From Callorhinchus milii (taxonomy: Eukaryota), in NCBI RefSeq assembly GCF_018977255.1, contig NW_024704743.1:110734001-110798000 (forward strand): a stretch of DNA of 64,000 bases. The letters are read 5' to 3'. The first letter of the stretch is position 1. Each line of letters opens with the position of its first letter. Shown here one piece after another: positions 11,634 through 24,517 of this stretch. The notes under the pieces were generated by a model. The model was not told the DNA's origin. It ran no database searches and saw only the letters and a program-made list of their open reading frames with translations. Position numbers and translations under genes: made by a program.

Positions 11634-14072
11634 ATGGATCTTGAGCAAGAGAGTGGAATTCGTGTGGAAGAAAAACAGCAGCGTAAACTTATTGGGGTGA
11701 CTGGCTTTTGTTTTTGCTGTGACATTCTAAGGGATCAAAACTATTCCTAAACACAATCCATTCCTCATTTAAGGATTGTGGCTTTGAAATACCACCCTCC
11801 CTCCCTGCCTCCCTTCCTGGCATCTGAATAATGACAGTGCCCAAACCAGCTGATCAGCTATGGGAGCCTGCCTGCCTCTAGGTTGGAATTCTGAATAGGG
11901 GTGATTATTTTCGAGCACAGGAAAGCCAATCTTTCCAGTCTTATTCAGGGCATCCTGGCCTAACTCAGCCTGAATTGGGGCAGTATTGTGCGAATAAGCC
12001 CAGAAAACCAATACAGAGTCATCACTTTGTTCACGCTTGCAGACTGCAATCAACACCTCACTGTAGTTTTCAGGCCCACTGGGGATGAGGTGAGGAGTAA
12101 AGTATATGCAAATACTGCTGAAGACCCAGGTGTCTGATTTCATCTCAACAGTCGTCAAGGCGGGAGGAAATGTGCGTACATATACTGGAAACATTGGTGC
12201 GTTTCAAAATCTATTGCACTTGTAGACTGAATATTTGTTTGTCTGGGATTATTTCTGGATCTTGTACTTTTTTTTGGCTCCCTGAATTCTATCATGCGTC
12301 ACGTGGTGTACAAGTCGGCATTCTGCTCACATCTTAAACTATGTGCTCCATAAAGCCAAAAAATTAATAATAGATTGCAACAGTGTTGTGGGATTGTGGA
12401 ATTCACTCCCTCAAAGGGTTGTCAATCTAGACTCGGTGGGAGATTTTAAAAGGGAAGTATTGTCAAGCACTTTGGGACATCCTGCTGACAGGAAAGGCAT
12501 TGTATAAGTGTAAATTGTATTTGTATTTGTGTTATTGGATATATGGAGAAAAGGTAGATATACACAAGGATAGAAATTCCTCCCAGGTCTGCGCTTCTTC
12601 CATTTGTGATACATTTCAGGTCGTTAGGAATTTGGCAATTTCTCAAATATAGCCTGAATTTTGGAAGCCGGTTCACTGTAAGATTCGTTCAAGAACTGCA
12701 GATAACCAGCTCCAGAGTTGAGACTGAATTCAACAATTTTCCAAATTCGAGATGATTTGAAATGCTGCATAAATTGAGTAAATCTGGACCCAGGTGGGAT
12801 TTCTCCCCATCAGTGTTGTACAGAGAGATAGATGTGCCAGAAGTTAACTGCTTATGACATAACTGTACCAACTGTACTTTCCAGCTTATTAGGCATAATT
12901 CCTTCAAAAAAAAATGAATTGGTCACTTCAATCCAGGATTGTTTGTGGGACACTGCTGTGCGCAATAGGCTGCCGCATTTTGCCCACAAAATATAAACAG
13001 TCAATTCACTTTCACAGTATATTCTGTGAAGTGCTTTGAGATGTCTAGAAGACATGAAAAGGTGCTATATCAAATGCAAGGATTATTATTATCAAACTCC
13101 TTTGAGCTTTCGAGTACTGATTCTATGAACACTAGATTTTCAAATTCTAGATATTCAATTGAATCCCTCTGGAAAAATGTTACTTAGGGAAGTAATAATT
13201 ATAATCCTTACAATGATATTGTGCCTTTCTTGTTGGAGAACATATCACAGTGTTTTACACGGTAAACTGTAAAGTGTAGAGACTACTTTTTAGGCGAACG
13301 CCTGAAAATTTATGTACAGCAATTTATGTACAACAGTGTCCCACAGACAGCCATGAAGGGAATAATCAACTTTATTTTGAGGGGTTGTTAGCCAGGATAC
13401 TGGGAGAAACTCCATTCTCTTTTCAAATAGTGCCATGGGATCTTTAACATCCATCTGAAAATGGAGATGGGAGCCTCGGTTTAACATCACATCCAAAGTA
13501 CAGCGCCTCCAACAATGAAACACACCCTCGCACTGCAGTGGAGTATCATCTTAGATGGAGAGTTGAAAGTCTTAAGGTGGAGAACTGCAGAAAAAACGTT
13601 TCCCAATTAAAATTCAATTTAAGAATTTTTTATAATTCTGTGTGATCTCAAATTTTAAGGCAAAACAGGCTAAGGCTACATGGACCTTTAGTATGATGTC
13701 TGATATTTCTGTGCTGTCATGATACACAAATATTTTAATGTCTCCATGCATACCATGTGGTAATGTGTATTCTGAAGCTTTGATGAACTTTTATATTTGC
13801 CTGATCAGCGAGAGGGACATCAATATGACATTTTTGCCCTCTGATGATTAGGAAAGAAGCAAATCGGGATGAACATCTATGTACTTCCTGGCACCTGAAC
13901 TGAAGAAGGAAAACCAATTTATAATTCTACTTTTGTAAAGCGACATAATTAATTTTCTCCTACAATATACATTCATTGGTTACAGTTAACATTAGCATTT
14001 TCTCAGTGTATGTTTGTGACAGTAATACAATCCAGCTGGAAGTCTTACCATGATTATTTATATTCCTCTTAG

Positions 14073-14453
14073 ATTGCAGCCATGTACTCCACGGTGAGTA
14101 AGCCAGTGCAGTCATGGAACCAGGCTGACGGGGATCAAGAAGGTGGCTATGCCAGCATTGATGAGATGAGATCTCGAAGACCTACGTCGACGTCAAGTGA
14201 CCTCTATGCGTCTGTGGCTGATTTTGAGAGAGAATCCGGTGCTGCAGATCGGAATGAAGCTGTAGATGTGATGAAGGAGGAGACTGATCCCGGATATGAA
14301 GCAGTTGGCAAACTGAAGGCTGATATGCCAGAGCAGGACAAACCTGCTGAAGAGCAATCCACAGGGCGTGTACAGGGAGAGAATGATTACGAAAGTATCA
14401 GTGAATTGCAACAAAGACAAAATGCAGATAAATCAGATAAATCTGAAGATTAA
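14073..14453 (+). CDS. PAG1: PAG1 last coding exon (Csk-binding tyrosine motif to stop)
   Basis: Acceptor ttcctcttag|, phase 0. Reads IAAMYSTVSKP (human ISAMYSSVNKP, Csk SH2 site Y317), SDLYASVADFE, DPGYEAV and ENDYESISELQQ, ending at TAA 14451-14453. Confidence 0.95.
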   Translation: MAAMYSTVSKPVQSWNQADGDQEGGYASIDEMRSRRPTSTSSDLYASVADFERESGAADRNEAVDVMKEETDPGYEAVGKLKADMPEQDKPAEEQSTGRVQGENDYESISELQQRQNADKSDKSED

Positions 14454-17400
14454 TTGTTTAGTAAAACGTTTAGTAATCCCGGGACAGGAATTGTCAGCAT
14501 TTGTTTTGTAAATCACACACTTGGCATTTCAGAGGAAAAGGTTCTTGTACTTGGTATCATGCAAATAGGACAGAGTGTAAGCATATAATAATGAGAATAA
14601 TCCTTAATAGTCCTTATGTTTGATATTGGTCTTTCACATTGGGGGGATGTTTCGAAGCTCTTCACAGGATATACTGTAAAGTGCAGTGACTATTTTTTAC
14701 ACACAACCCAGCAGCCAATTTGTGCACAGCTGTGAAGTGAATGATCAATTTTATCTGGGGAAGTGAGAAACTCTTTTCTTTTTGATAGGGGCCATAGGAT
14801 CTTTAACATCCACTTGAAGCGCCAGACAAGACCTCGGTTTAATGTCTCATCCAAAAGATGGCGCTTCCAACAATGCCACGCATCCCCAGTACTGCACTGG
14901 AGTGTCAGCCTAGACTTTGCAAGTTCAAAGTTCCAGCCACAACCTCCTGACTCAGAGACTAGAGTGTCTCTGACACTCAGAGACTAGAGTGCTACCAAGT
15001 GAGGCAAGCTGATTCATATTTCAGAAGAGCTTTTAATTCTGCCTATCTACATTGCTGCGCAGGGATTTTCTATCCTGTTGCAGCAGTTTTTGAGGGGTTG
15101 TATGAATTGTAGAATCATAGAAACAACAGCATAGAAGAACATCTTTCTGCCCATTGAGCCTAAACGGGTGCTATCTTTTATACTGGAGCGAACTCATCTA
15201 ACCCGACGTCTCTGCTTAGCCTAATGAAAGTCGTATGATGTTCCCCTGTTACTGTGCTGTAAGAGAAGCACAAGCTCCTTTTCTTCCTCTTGCATATACC
15301 TTTTCTTCCGCTTGCATGTACCAGTGCCTCCCTGTTGCTGCTATTAGAAATATGGTACCTTCTTTCATACTTTCTGTTCTGTGTGCAGGGTGTCTTCTGG
15401 TTTGTGACTGCAGCTCTTGCTTTCTGCACCATCCTTACCTCACGCTACTCAAACTTGACTAAGATCTTGAAGTTCAATCTCTCCGAAAACATTGCAGTGT
15501 CACAAATTTTTGACTGTTACAGCATTCCTCAGATGTGGAGAGCATGTTTTTAATGCTAAAGTCTCAGTCATCAGTATCAGTTATTATATTCAACATTCGT
15601 GTAACCCTAAGCAATTGTTTCATTTATGACGAAACAATAGCTATATACATTGCTTAGAAATGAGAATAGTTAATGAATCTATGGAAGAAATACATTTCTG
15701 TAAAAGTGCCAAAAAGCAGAAAACTCTATTGAAATTGAAGCTACCTCACAGTGCAGCCTCAAACAGCTTTCTAACCCCTAACTAGCCAAATAGAGCATTA
15801 TTCCTTCCTTCAGTAAACATCGTTTAGGTCTTATTTTCCAGAGAAGATGTATTCTTTGACCCATTGGTGTTTAAACCTAAGGATTACATCTTAAATTGCC
15901 CACCTGCAATGTTGTGATATAATACTAGTTATATCCCCTGGAGAGTAAACACAAGATTATAAAAGATAAGCTTGGATGAATATATATATATAATATATAT
16001 ATGTATCCTTTGACATATTTATATATAGTATCTCAAAAATATCTTTCCAAAACACCCACTCTGCCATCCTCCCATCACAGCACTTAATCTTTTTTTAATG
16101 GGTTAAAAAAATCATGTAGATTTGTCAACATTTGACAAATATACACTGGAAGGTTATGCTGATTTTTAAAGCGGCTTCCCTTTTAATCATTCGAGTCCTG
16201 CAGTGGGTTTCTACTCACTTTGCATCATGTCAAAGTAGCAACATTACGGTCAATACAATATTTGCCAGAGGATGAGATCATTACTCTTCTCTGTTGGATT
16301 CCTGTATGATCATACCTTATTGAGAAATCCATTATTGATGTTTTACTTGTGGACAGGGAGCACACGTTATGTTATAGGTTGGGTGTGGGCATGGAAAATG
16401 CCTCTTGAATGATTAATGGGAAGAGGCCTACCAGTTTGGTTACAACAACAATTTATTTATGTTTATGTAGCACCTTTCAGTTTGGTTTCATAACGATTAA
16501 GTGGGAGCCTGAGCTAGGAATGGGATAAGGAGTTAGGGGAATGTGACTGAAGGTGCGGTCAGAGAGATGGGTCTATATATTGTTTTTGAAAGTGGAGAAT
16601 TGAGGGGGGTCGAGGCAGAGGGATTTCAGAAAAGAGTTCCAGATGGCTAGTGACTGATTATTGCTTCAGCAGTACCAATCCACCGAGCCACAAAGAGCTG
16701 AAGGTTGTGGCACAGCTATTTATTTAAAGGCTCCTCTAGCATAAGACCCTGAAATAACTCTATCTTCCAGTAGAGGTCTGAACCAACATCCTAACCAAAT
16801 AATTTCCAAAAAGAGAGTACTATCAACAGCCAGCTTCCATAGCATCAGTTTTACAGATTCAGGAGATAAACGAAGAAAACTTCCTGCTATGAATCGTTTG
16901 ACTCTGGCTAAAATGCACAAATGGGCCCACAGAAAAAGAATACAAGTCTCTATGTTGGTGCCATAAATACAATTTTAAACTGCTTTAATGTGTCTGTCTT
17001 TGCCAACACCCCCAAACTCTTGCCCATTATAAAATGTTCTGTGCCAATTTTCAATTCTCTTTCTCTCTAAAAGGCAAAAAGGCTCACCTGTTATTAACTG
17101 AGCATTCTAACTGTTGAATGTGCCTCTGGATCTTTTAGTGAAGTGCCCAGACAACGGCTATGTTTATCGATGCTTTAAACGGAATCCTTTCAATACTGGT
17201 GAGGGGTGTTCCATTTTCTTGCAGAGCAGCAAATGGAAAACACTTTGGAAATTTGTTGGGAACCAGTAAGAGTGATTATTCTAAAATCTTTGGAAGATGT
17301 GCATTTGACACGTCAGTATTTAGGAATGACTGTAGAAGGGGACTCCGACAGACTGTGCTTTGGTACTGAAATGGTACCAACTATCCACATTCCACTTACT

Positions 17401-18945
17401 TACCAACTATGCCAACCAGTTATGCCACATGATCTGTATAACTGCTGTTAATTTTAATAATACAACTTAAGGAAATGTGGTACTTATTACATACATAAAG
17501 TTCAATGACTAATATTTTTAATTCAAACTTTAAAAAAGTTTTTTGTAGTTTTTTTGAAATCATAAGATATTAATATTTGTACATACTTGCGATATAATAG
17601 AAATTTCTATAGTACTTGTGATTAATTCATTCCCCCCACTAAAAAGTAAGCTGTGTTCTTGCATTGTATTTAATTTTAAATGTTTTAACACGTTCACCAG
17701 ATGTGTGTACCAAAAGCAGAATGTTTTTCTTGACAAAATGATTTGGCAAATGGTCTATTGGTGGGGGAGGGAGGGAGGTGTGGAGATGTGGGTCACTCTG
17801 ATTTTCATTACAAATGACGTTGAGTGGAAGTGATGTATTGACGTGTTTCTACACAATTAATAGTATCTGACTCTGTGCTTGTAAATTCAACAAAACTGTT
17901 TTTTTGGTAATGACAATGCCACATTAGTTCAGTGTTTGTCCTGAATATCTCAGGTTGACTGAGGAATTCAGCAGTTGCAGTACACCCACACCCTTGTACT
18001 GCAAACTATCTCACAAGGCATTTGCAGACAACAGTGTTTGGCAATGTCCTTTGAATGTCGACCATTGTTCCAAAGAGGCACTGAGAAGCTCACAGTCTCA
18101 GCAATTCTTATGACAGTTGCTCTTCATCTTTGGAAGTTTGTATCTATCCTCAGTAGATTTACAATCAACTTTGTCCAGTTTCTTAGCAAGGGATAGCAAT
18201 GTTTCTTGTACAGTTATGCATCTTTCTCATCCCTTCTGCTACCAATACACACAAATATACTGTAAAGACACACACACATATATATATTTCCGGAAATGGG
18301 CTGTTCAGCCCAACTAGTTTATTACAGTATTTATACTCCACACAAGTTCCCACCCCTCCAATTCCCCACATCCATACCCCTCTATTCCCTTCTCCCCTGT
18401 GTATGCATCAGCTGTTCTCTTACATTGATGCTTTCTCCTCCAACCACAGCTTCTGGCAGTGAGTTCCACACGCTCACCACCCTCTGCGTGAAGAAGTCCC
18501 TATTAAACTCATTGGAGAATATATTCATATAGATGCACATGTGTCCTCACATGCAACCTAGTCAAATGTGTACAGCTTTGGTTCAATTCTGTTATGATGA
18601 GTCTGACCTACAGGGTGTAGGTAACTCTTGTCAAGAGACTGTTTGCTAGGACTCTAAATCAAAGTAAGCAGTTGTGTGCTGGAATTGATAGACTGTCTGC
18701 AAATGTCATGGAGCCTTGGCAACACTGATAAATTGAGATGGTAAACTGTGCAAGATTGATTTTCTTTCCATTGTATGCAATTGAGTTTTTTTATCATCTT
18801 ATTTGATTTTTTTTGAAACTGCTATTTTTCACTAATTATGGTTTTGTAAACTGTCACCATGTGTATAATAAAGGACACAGATATAGTGAAGTACAGTATG
18901 CTTAATAAAACTCTTATTTGTAACATTCAAAATAAAGAAAAAGAA
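14454..18945 (+). other. PAG1: Probable long PAG1 3'UTR
   Basis: AT-rich and comparatively poor in young repeats. Contains a Pumilio-type TGTACATA at 17578-17585 and ends in a cluster of AATAAA signals. The extent is inferred. Confidence 0.55.
18867..18936 (+). terminator. Clustered polyadenylation signals, candidate PAG1 3' end
   Basis: AATAAA at 18867-18872, 18904-18909 and 18931-18936, preceded by U-rich/TGTA elements. Confidence 0.55.
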
Positions 18946-19018
18946 GCAACTTATAAGCCGGTGACTGTTGGCAGAGATGAATCTAGCCTGGACTATTTAC
19001 TGCAAGCCCCTTACTCAT

Positions 19019-19341
19019 ATGGAGTCCTGTAGCTCAGTGGTTAGAGCACTCGCTTTGCAAGCGAGAGACCTGAGTTCAATTCCAGACAGGGCGAAACCTT
19101 GGGCAAGTTTCCTTACTCCACACGCCTAATAATAATCCCTCCAAAATCCAAAACAATAATAAATTGGTCATTTTCAATCTACGACTGTTTGTGGGACATT
19201 GCTGTGCGCAATTGGCTGCCGCGTTCGCCCACAAATATACAGTCAATTCACTTTACAGTCTATTCTGTGAAGCGCTTTGGGACGTCCTCCCGACGTGAAA
19301 AGAGCTATATCAAATGCAAGGATTATTATTATTATTATTAT
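19019..19341 (+). mobile_element. Full-length tRNA-Ala-derived SINE (CmiSINE/DeuSINE-like)
   Basis: A box tagctcagtgg; anticodon arm ctcgc-tttgcaa-gcgag (TGC); B box gagttcaattcc; Deu-like core tgtttgtgggacattgctgtgcgcaattggctgcc; L2-like 3' tail followed by (TTA)n. Confidence 0.93.
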
Positions 19342-20923
19342 TTTGCCAAATCCTTATTTGCAAACAACTGGGTTGAAGTTTTGAACCTTTTGAAAATGTC
19401 TATAGCATCCATGGCTGAAGGATATAGCCCATTTTTGCATTAGCCTATTTTAGCTGGCATCAGAAGAATAGTTTGGATCACAACAGGTCAACGTAGATAT
19501 ATTTTAAGATGTGCAGAACCAACCAAACAGCGTCCTATACTGTGAAGACATTTTAAAATGAGATCTAAGTAGCATCAGAAATCTCGATCTTCCTTTTCCC
19601 TGTAATTCATGTTCTCCAATATTCTACTGTAGACATGTTAGATGCCAACCTGTAGTGTTTTACAGATCCAATCACACCAGCCACTCTCTGTAGCTCATCC
19701 AATGGTTTGGATAATGAGTACAGGCAGGGCTTTGAACATGTGAACATCTCACCCAAGCTCGTATTCTGTCTTCATGAGATCACCACAGATGTGCATTGTC
19801 TTGTAAAGGCCCTCGATATTATTCAGGAGCAGGATATCTGGCCAATAAATATTCCTTTTTCTCCCACTCCCTAGTCAAGCGACAATGGAGTTGGTTGCAA
19901 TGCCTCATACAACCATCGCTAGCTGAGAGGAGGACAGACTAGGAAATACATCTGTGATCTTCCTGTTCTGTACAGCTACCAGTTGATGAATTTATCCATC
20001 AACCAGTGCAGAAGTTCCTTACAAATGTATTTTATTTTCAATGTGTAAATTATCAACAGTGTTTAAGGACTTTGACTTCTGATAGGAAATTGACAGTTTT
20101 TTGACCTCACCACAATTTGTTTGTAAAATATTTATCCAAATGAATGCTTGAATAATCTGTACCTGAGTCAGAACGTGTATTTCCTAAATATTAAACCTTT
20201 AATGTAAATGCTCATTCTTTTTGTGGAACCATAATTGAATCCTGGAACGCATGTTGGTGTCACAAGGTATGAAAGAAAGCCCTGGTGATGACCTAGAATG
20301 TTTCACTAACATAACCTTTTTCCTGCCTGATATCGTATATAATTTTTGAGCAATTTGTGTTGGAACAAGCTTCTTTAGTCTTGTATAAAGGCTGGCATAA
20401 ACCTCTCAGGATGAACTGAACAAGTCAGGGTACCAGTATCATTACTGGCTATTCCTTTTAATGGGTAATGTCTGTTTAACATCTCATTTAAACGATGGCA
20501 CCTCCAACAATGTAGCACACATATCCTTCTCACTGAGCCTCTCTCTCACTGCTTCTCTCACTGTGCCTCTCTTTCACTGTATGTGTGGCTCTCTCTGACA
20601 CTTATCAAGGTCACATATGGCTTCTTCAGTGACCAAGAACATACTGATGTCCAGGTCCTTTTCAGCTAGGTTTGGGCATTCTAAATGTTTAGATGATGGT
20701 AAGATTTTAAAGACCATTTTAAAATCATTCTTCAGATTAGGTACAAATTCTATGTAGGAATACTGGACTGTTCATCACTAAAATACTAGAATAACTCCAT
20801 GATCTTTGTTTAGCACTAAACGATTCTACTAATTTTTAGAGAAACTAGATGCTGCTAACTCCCTACTTTACAGCATGTTTAGAACATTTAATGCTAATCA
20901 CCACTGAGAATGTGTTTGGTTTT

Positions 20924-21234
20924 TAATAATAATAATAATCCTTGCATTTGAAATAGCGCTTTCCACGTCTTCTAGAAGTCTCAAAGAGCTTCACAGAATA
21001 TCCTGCAAAGTGAATTGACTGTATATTTGTGGGAGAAACACGGCAGCCAATTGCGCACCACAGGGTCCCACAAACAGTCGTGGATTGAAAATGACCAATT
21101 CATTATTGTTTTGTTTTGGAGGGATTATTATTAGGTGTGTGGAGTAAGGAAACTTGCCCAAGGTTTTGTCCTGCCTAGAATTGAACCCAGGTGTCTCGCT
21201 TGCAAGGCGAGTGCTCTAACCACTGAGCTACAGG
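20924..21234 (-). mobile_element. tRNA-derived SINE copy
   Basis: Same family, TAGAA-loop tail variant. Confidence 0.9.
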
Positions 21235-22429
21235 CCTTTTTCTGAAGAGACATGATAAAAAAGGGCCTTTTTCATCCAAACAAACATTTTCAGACACAAA
21301 TAATATAATAACGTGTCTCTGTGCTGCATTTTAGGACACATTAAGTAATTCCTAAGGAACATCCTCCTGATGAGAAAGGTGCTATATAAATGTAAATGTG
21401 TAATGCATTATATTTCTTAGTAAGGAATGTCTGTTGCTCAAATGGGACAACTTCTGACAGCCAAAGCTAAGTCACCTCATGCCACTGGAACTGCATCTTG
21501 GCATGATCAACCTGTGGAGCTGAGATCCTGCATATCTGTGGGAATTGTAGGAATCCCATTAGCAAACATTACATTTTAGACCCTGTGGTCAATGTGTTTC
21601 TGAATTCAATGCTTATTGCCTTCTGTCCTAGAGTTGCCCTACAATTAAAACATAGAAACTGCTCCAGTCAGTGTCAGAGACTGTTCAAGCTTTATCTTTC
21701 AATAGTTCCTTTTTTTAAAGCATGCCTTAAATAATTAATGGTGTGTTTATGAAGACAATAAAGGCAACATTCGTTGAGTAATCATGTGGAAAGAGATTGA
21801 TTTTACTCCTGGAAGAACCTACAGCGTTTATTACTTTGAGTTTTCAAGGTAAAGCGCGCTCGGTGAGGTTGATAGTTTTTTTTGCACATTAACAAAAGAA
21901 ACTAAAACCAAAACAGAATTACAGTCTTTGTGCTCTGCATGGTTAGAACATGAACAGTGTGATTTATTACTGCTGGAATAAAGTTCTGTGTGTGGTTATG
22001 TTTACACCATACTTTACCTCTTTTGCACAGTTGTTTGTCTATAATTTTACTGTGGTTCACTTATATTTACCAGACTAGAGCTGTTGGCTTTTTGATATTT
22101 TGTTGTGTGGTTTGTATGTTACAAACCATATAATATAACAACAACAATTTGCATTTATATAGCGCCCTTCACGTGGGGTAGCATCCTGGAGTGCTTAGAA
22201 TACAATGTGATTGTGTAATGCAGTTCACCAGATTATACTGACCTGTCTATATTTTATGGGGTCCTTTATATTTCACACCTTTTATCATTTTCTGCCCGAG
22301 CTCCAACCTTAGCTGTATCTATCTGCATGATCTACATGCCTCTGCTGATGGATCAGTCATTGACTACCACCAACTTGAGCTGATCTCTATTGTGACATCC
22401 CAACAACACTGGCTGTTTCCGCTATTCCC

Positions 22430-22762
22430 ATAATAATAATAATAATAATAATCCTTGCATTTGATATAGCGCTTTTCACGTCGGGAGGACGTCCCAAAGC
22501 GCTTCACAGAACACACTGTAAAGTGAATTGACTGTATATTTGTGGGCGAACGCGGCAGCCAATTGCGCACAGCAATGTCCCACAAACAGTCGTAGATTGA
22601 AGATGACCAATTTATTATTGTTTTTGGTTTTGGAGGGATTATTATTAGGCTCTGTGTGGAGTAAGGAAACTTGCCCAAGGTTTCGCCCTGAACTGCCTGG
22701 AATTGAACTCAGGTCTCTCGCTTGTAAAGCGAGTGCTCTAACCACTGAGCTACAGGACTCCA
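22430..22762 (-). mobile_element. Full-length tRNA-derived SINE (young subfamily)
   Basis: Same family, CTCCC-loop tail. Confidence 0.93.
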
Positions 22763-23979
22763 TTGCATCCCTTTGTGTGACTGCTTCCCATGGACTTTAA
22801 ACTTTTATTCTCTCTATTTTGATTATGTTATTTGTGTCTTGAAGTGCCAGAAGGAACGCTAACATTTTACTTCTCTTTCCTAATATCTTCCCTGAGGTTG
22901 TTTTCGAGCAAATTCTTTCCTTGAGGTATAAATTACACGGAACTACAGTAGCACAATCCCATGGCTGTGGACAGATGGAACAGGGACAGTTTAGCAGCAG
23001 GTCCTTTCATAACTTGCTTACAAAAGCTACAGATAAATAAGATGCCCACCCATTATCTCTGGCAGACTTTTGCAGACCAAAAAAGATTTGGTCACTCAAT
23101 CCACAACAGGACATTGCTATGCGCAATTGGCTGTTGTATTTTGCCCACCAAATACAGAGTCAATCCACTTTACAATATATTCTGTGAAGCGCTTTGAGAC
23201 AACATCATAAGGTGCTATATCAAATGCGTTGATCATGTAGATAAATATAGAGGTGCCAGGCCTGTCTCCTCAGAATCAGTTTCACCTAAGGGACCAAATA
23301 TAATGCATTTACGCACTGAGCCATTGAGAATGTTTCTGTGATCCTATCTCATTGTGTTTGGTTATATGACAGAAGCCTCCCACTGCACTCCCACTTCCCT
23401 TGACCCCTCCCCATTCTTCACCAATACAGACCAAACCTCCTCTGCTAAAATGTAACTTCACTTCAAAATGAACACAAAGCTCAAAACTCTTCAATAATTA
23501 GAACACAAAACATTGCAGTAGCCATTTAAACGTATTTTCAAAGATTAGAAGAAATGTTTTTCCTACTGAACACTGGGATCATAATAATAACCCTTACATT
23601 TGGGAAAATTTCTTTTACATCAAGAGGATGTCTTAAAGCGCTTCACAGGATTTATTGTGAAGTGCAATGACTGTGTATTCACGAGGCAAGCAATGTTTGC
23701 ACAGCAGTGGCCCACACACAGCAATGGCATGAATGACCAATTTTGTTTAGTGGGACCAGGGAGAAACTCTTCCCTTTTACGGATGCCTCGGTTCAAATTG
23801 TCATCCAAAGGACGCCACCTCTGACAACGTGACTAACTGTTATGTGAAACAGATTTCTAAGAAGAGAGGTTATTGCTGTGTCAATTAACTCGCAAGATCA
23901 CGAGAGAGCTCGGGTATGAAGAGTTCATCAAACCCATCTGATCTCCTTTTAGAATAGAATTGAAGTGAGGTTTGGGACA

Positions 23980-24517
23980 TAATTCCTTAAAAAAATAATA
24001 ATACTAATAATAATTTGGTCACTCAATCCATGACTGTTTGTGGGACACTGCTGTGCGCAATTGGCTGCCTTGTTTCTCCCACAAAACACAGTCACTACAC
24101 TTTACAGTATATTCTGTGAAGCTCTTTGAGACGTCTCGATGCAGTGATAAGGCTCTGTATCAAATGCAAGGATTATTATAATTATAATTATTATTATAAT
24201 GTGTGGAGTCCTGTAGCTCAGTGGTTAGACCACTCACCTCACAAGTAAGAGACTTGGGTTTGATTTCCAGCAGGGCGAAACATTGGGTATGTTTCTTTAT
24301 TACAAACACCTAGCAGTAAGTGGGAACCTGGTTATTAATCGATTGGCGGATCGCTTTTCCGGGGTAATAATGTGGGACACTCCTGTGCGCAATTGGCTGC
24401 AACATTTTGCCCACAAAATATAGTCAATTCACATTACAGTATATTCTGTGAAGCGCTTTGAGCTGTCTCGAAGACATGATAAGGCACTGTATCAAATGCA
24501 AGGATTATTATTATTAA
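23980..24517 (+). mobile_element. Tandem SINE copies: 5'-truncated copy plus long-variant copy
   Basis: Two consecutive family bodies. The second carries the extra cctagcagtaagtgggaacc...gatcgcttttccgggg segment. Confidence 0.85.

Noticed and set aside
19019..19095. tRNA-Ala(TGC) gene
   Set aside because: It is the head of a multi-copy SINE, lacks a proper acceptor stem and continues into the SINE body.
19099..19443. Recurrent ORF MGKFPYSTRLIIIPPK... suggesting a gene family
   Set aside because: Incidental translation of SINE copies.
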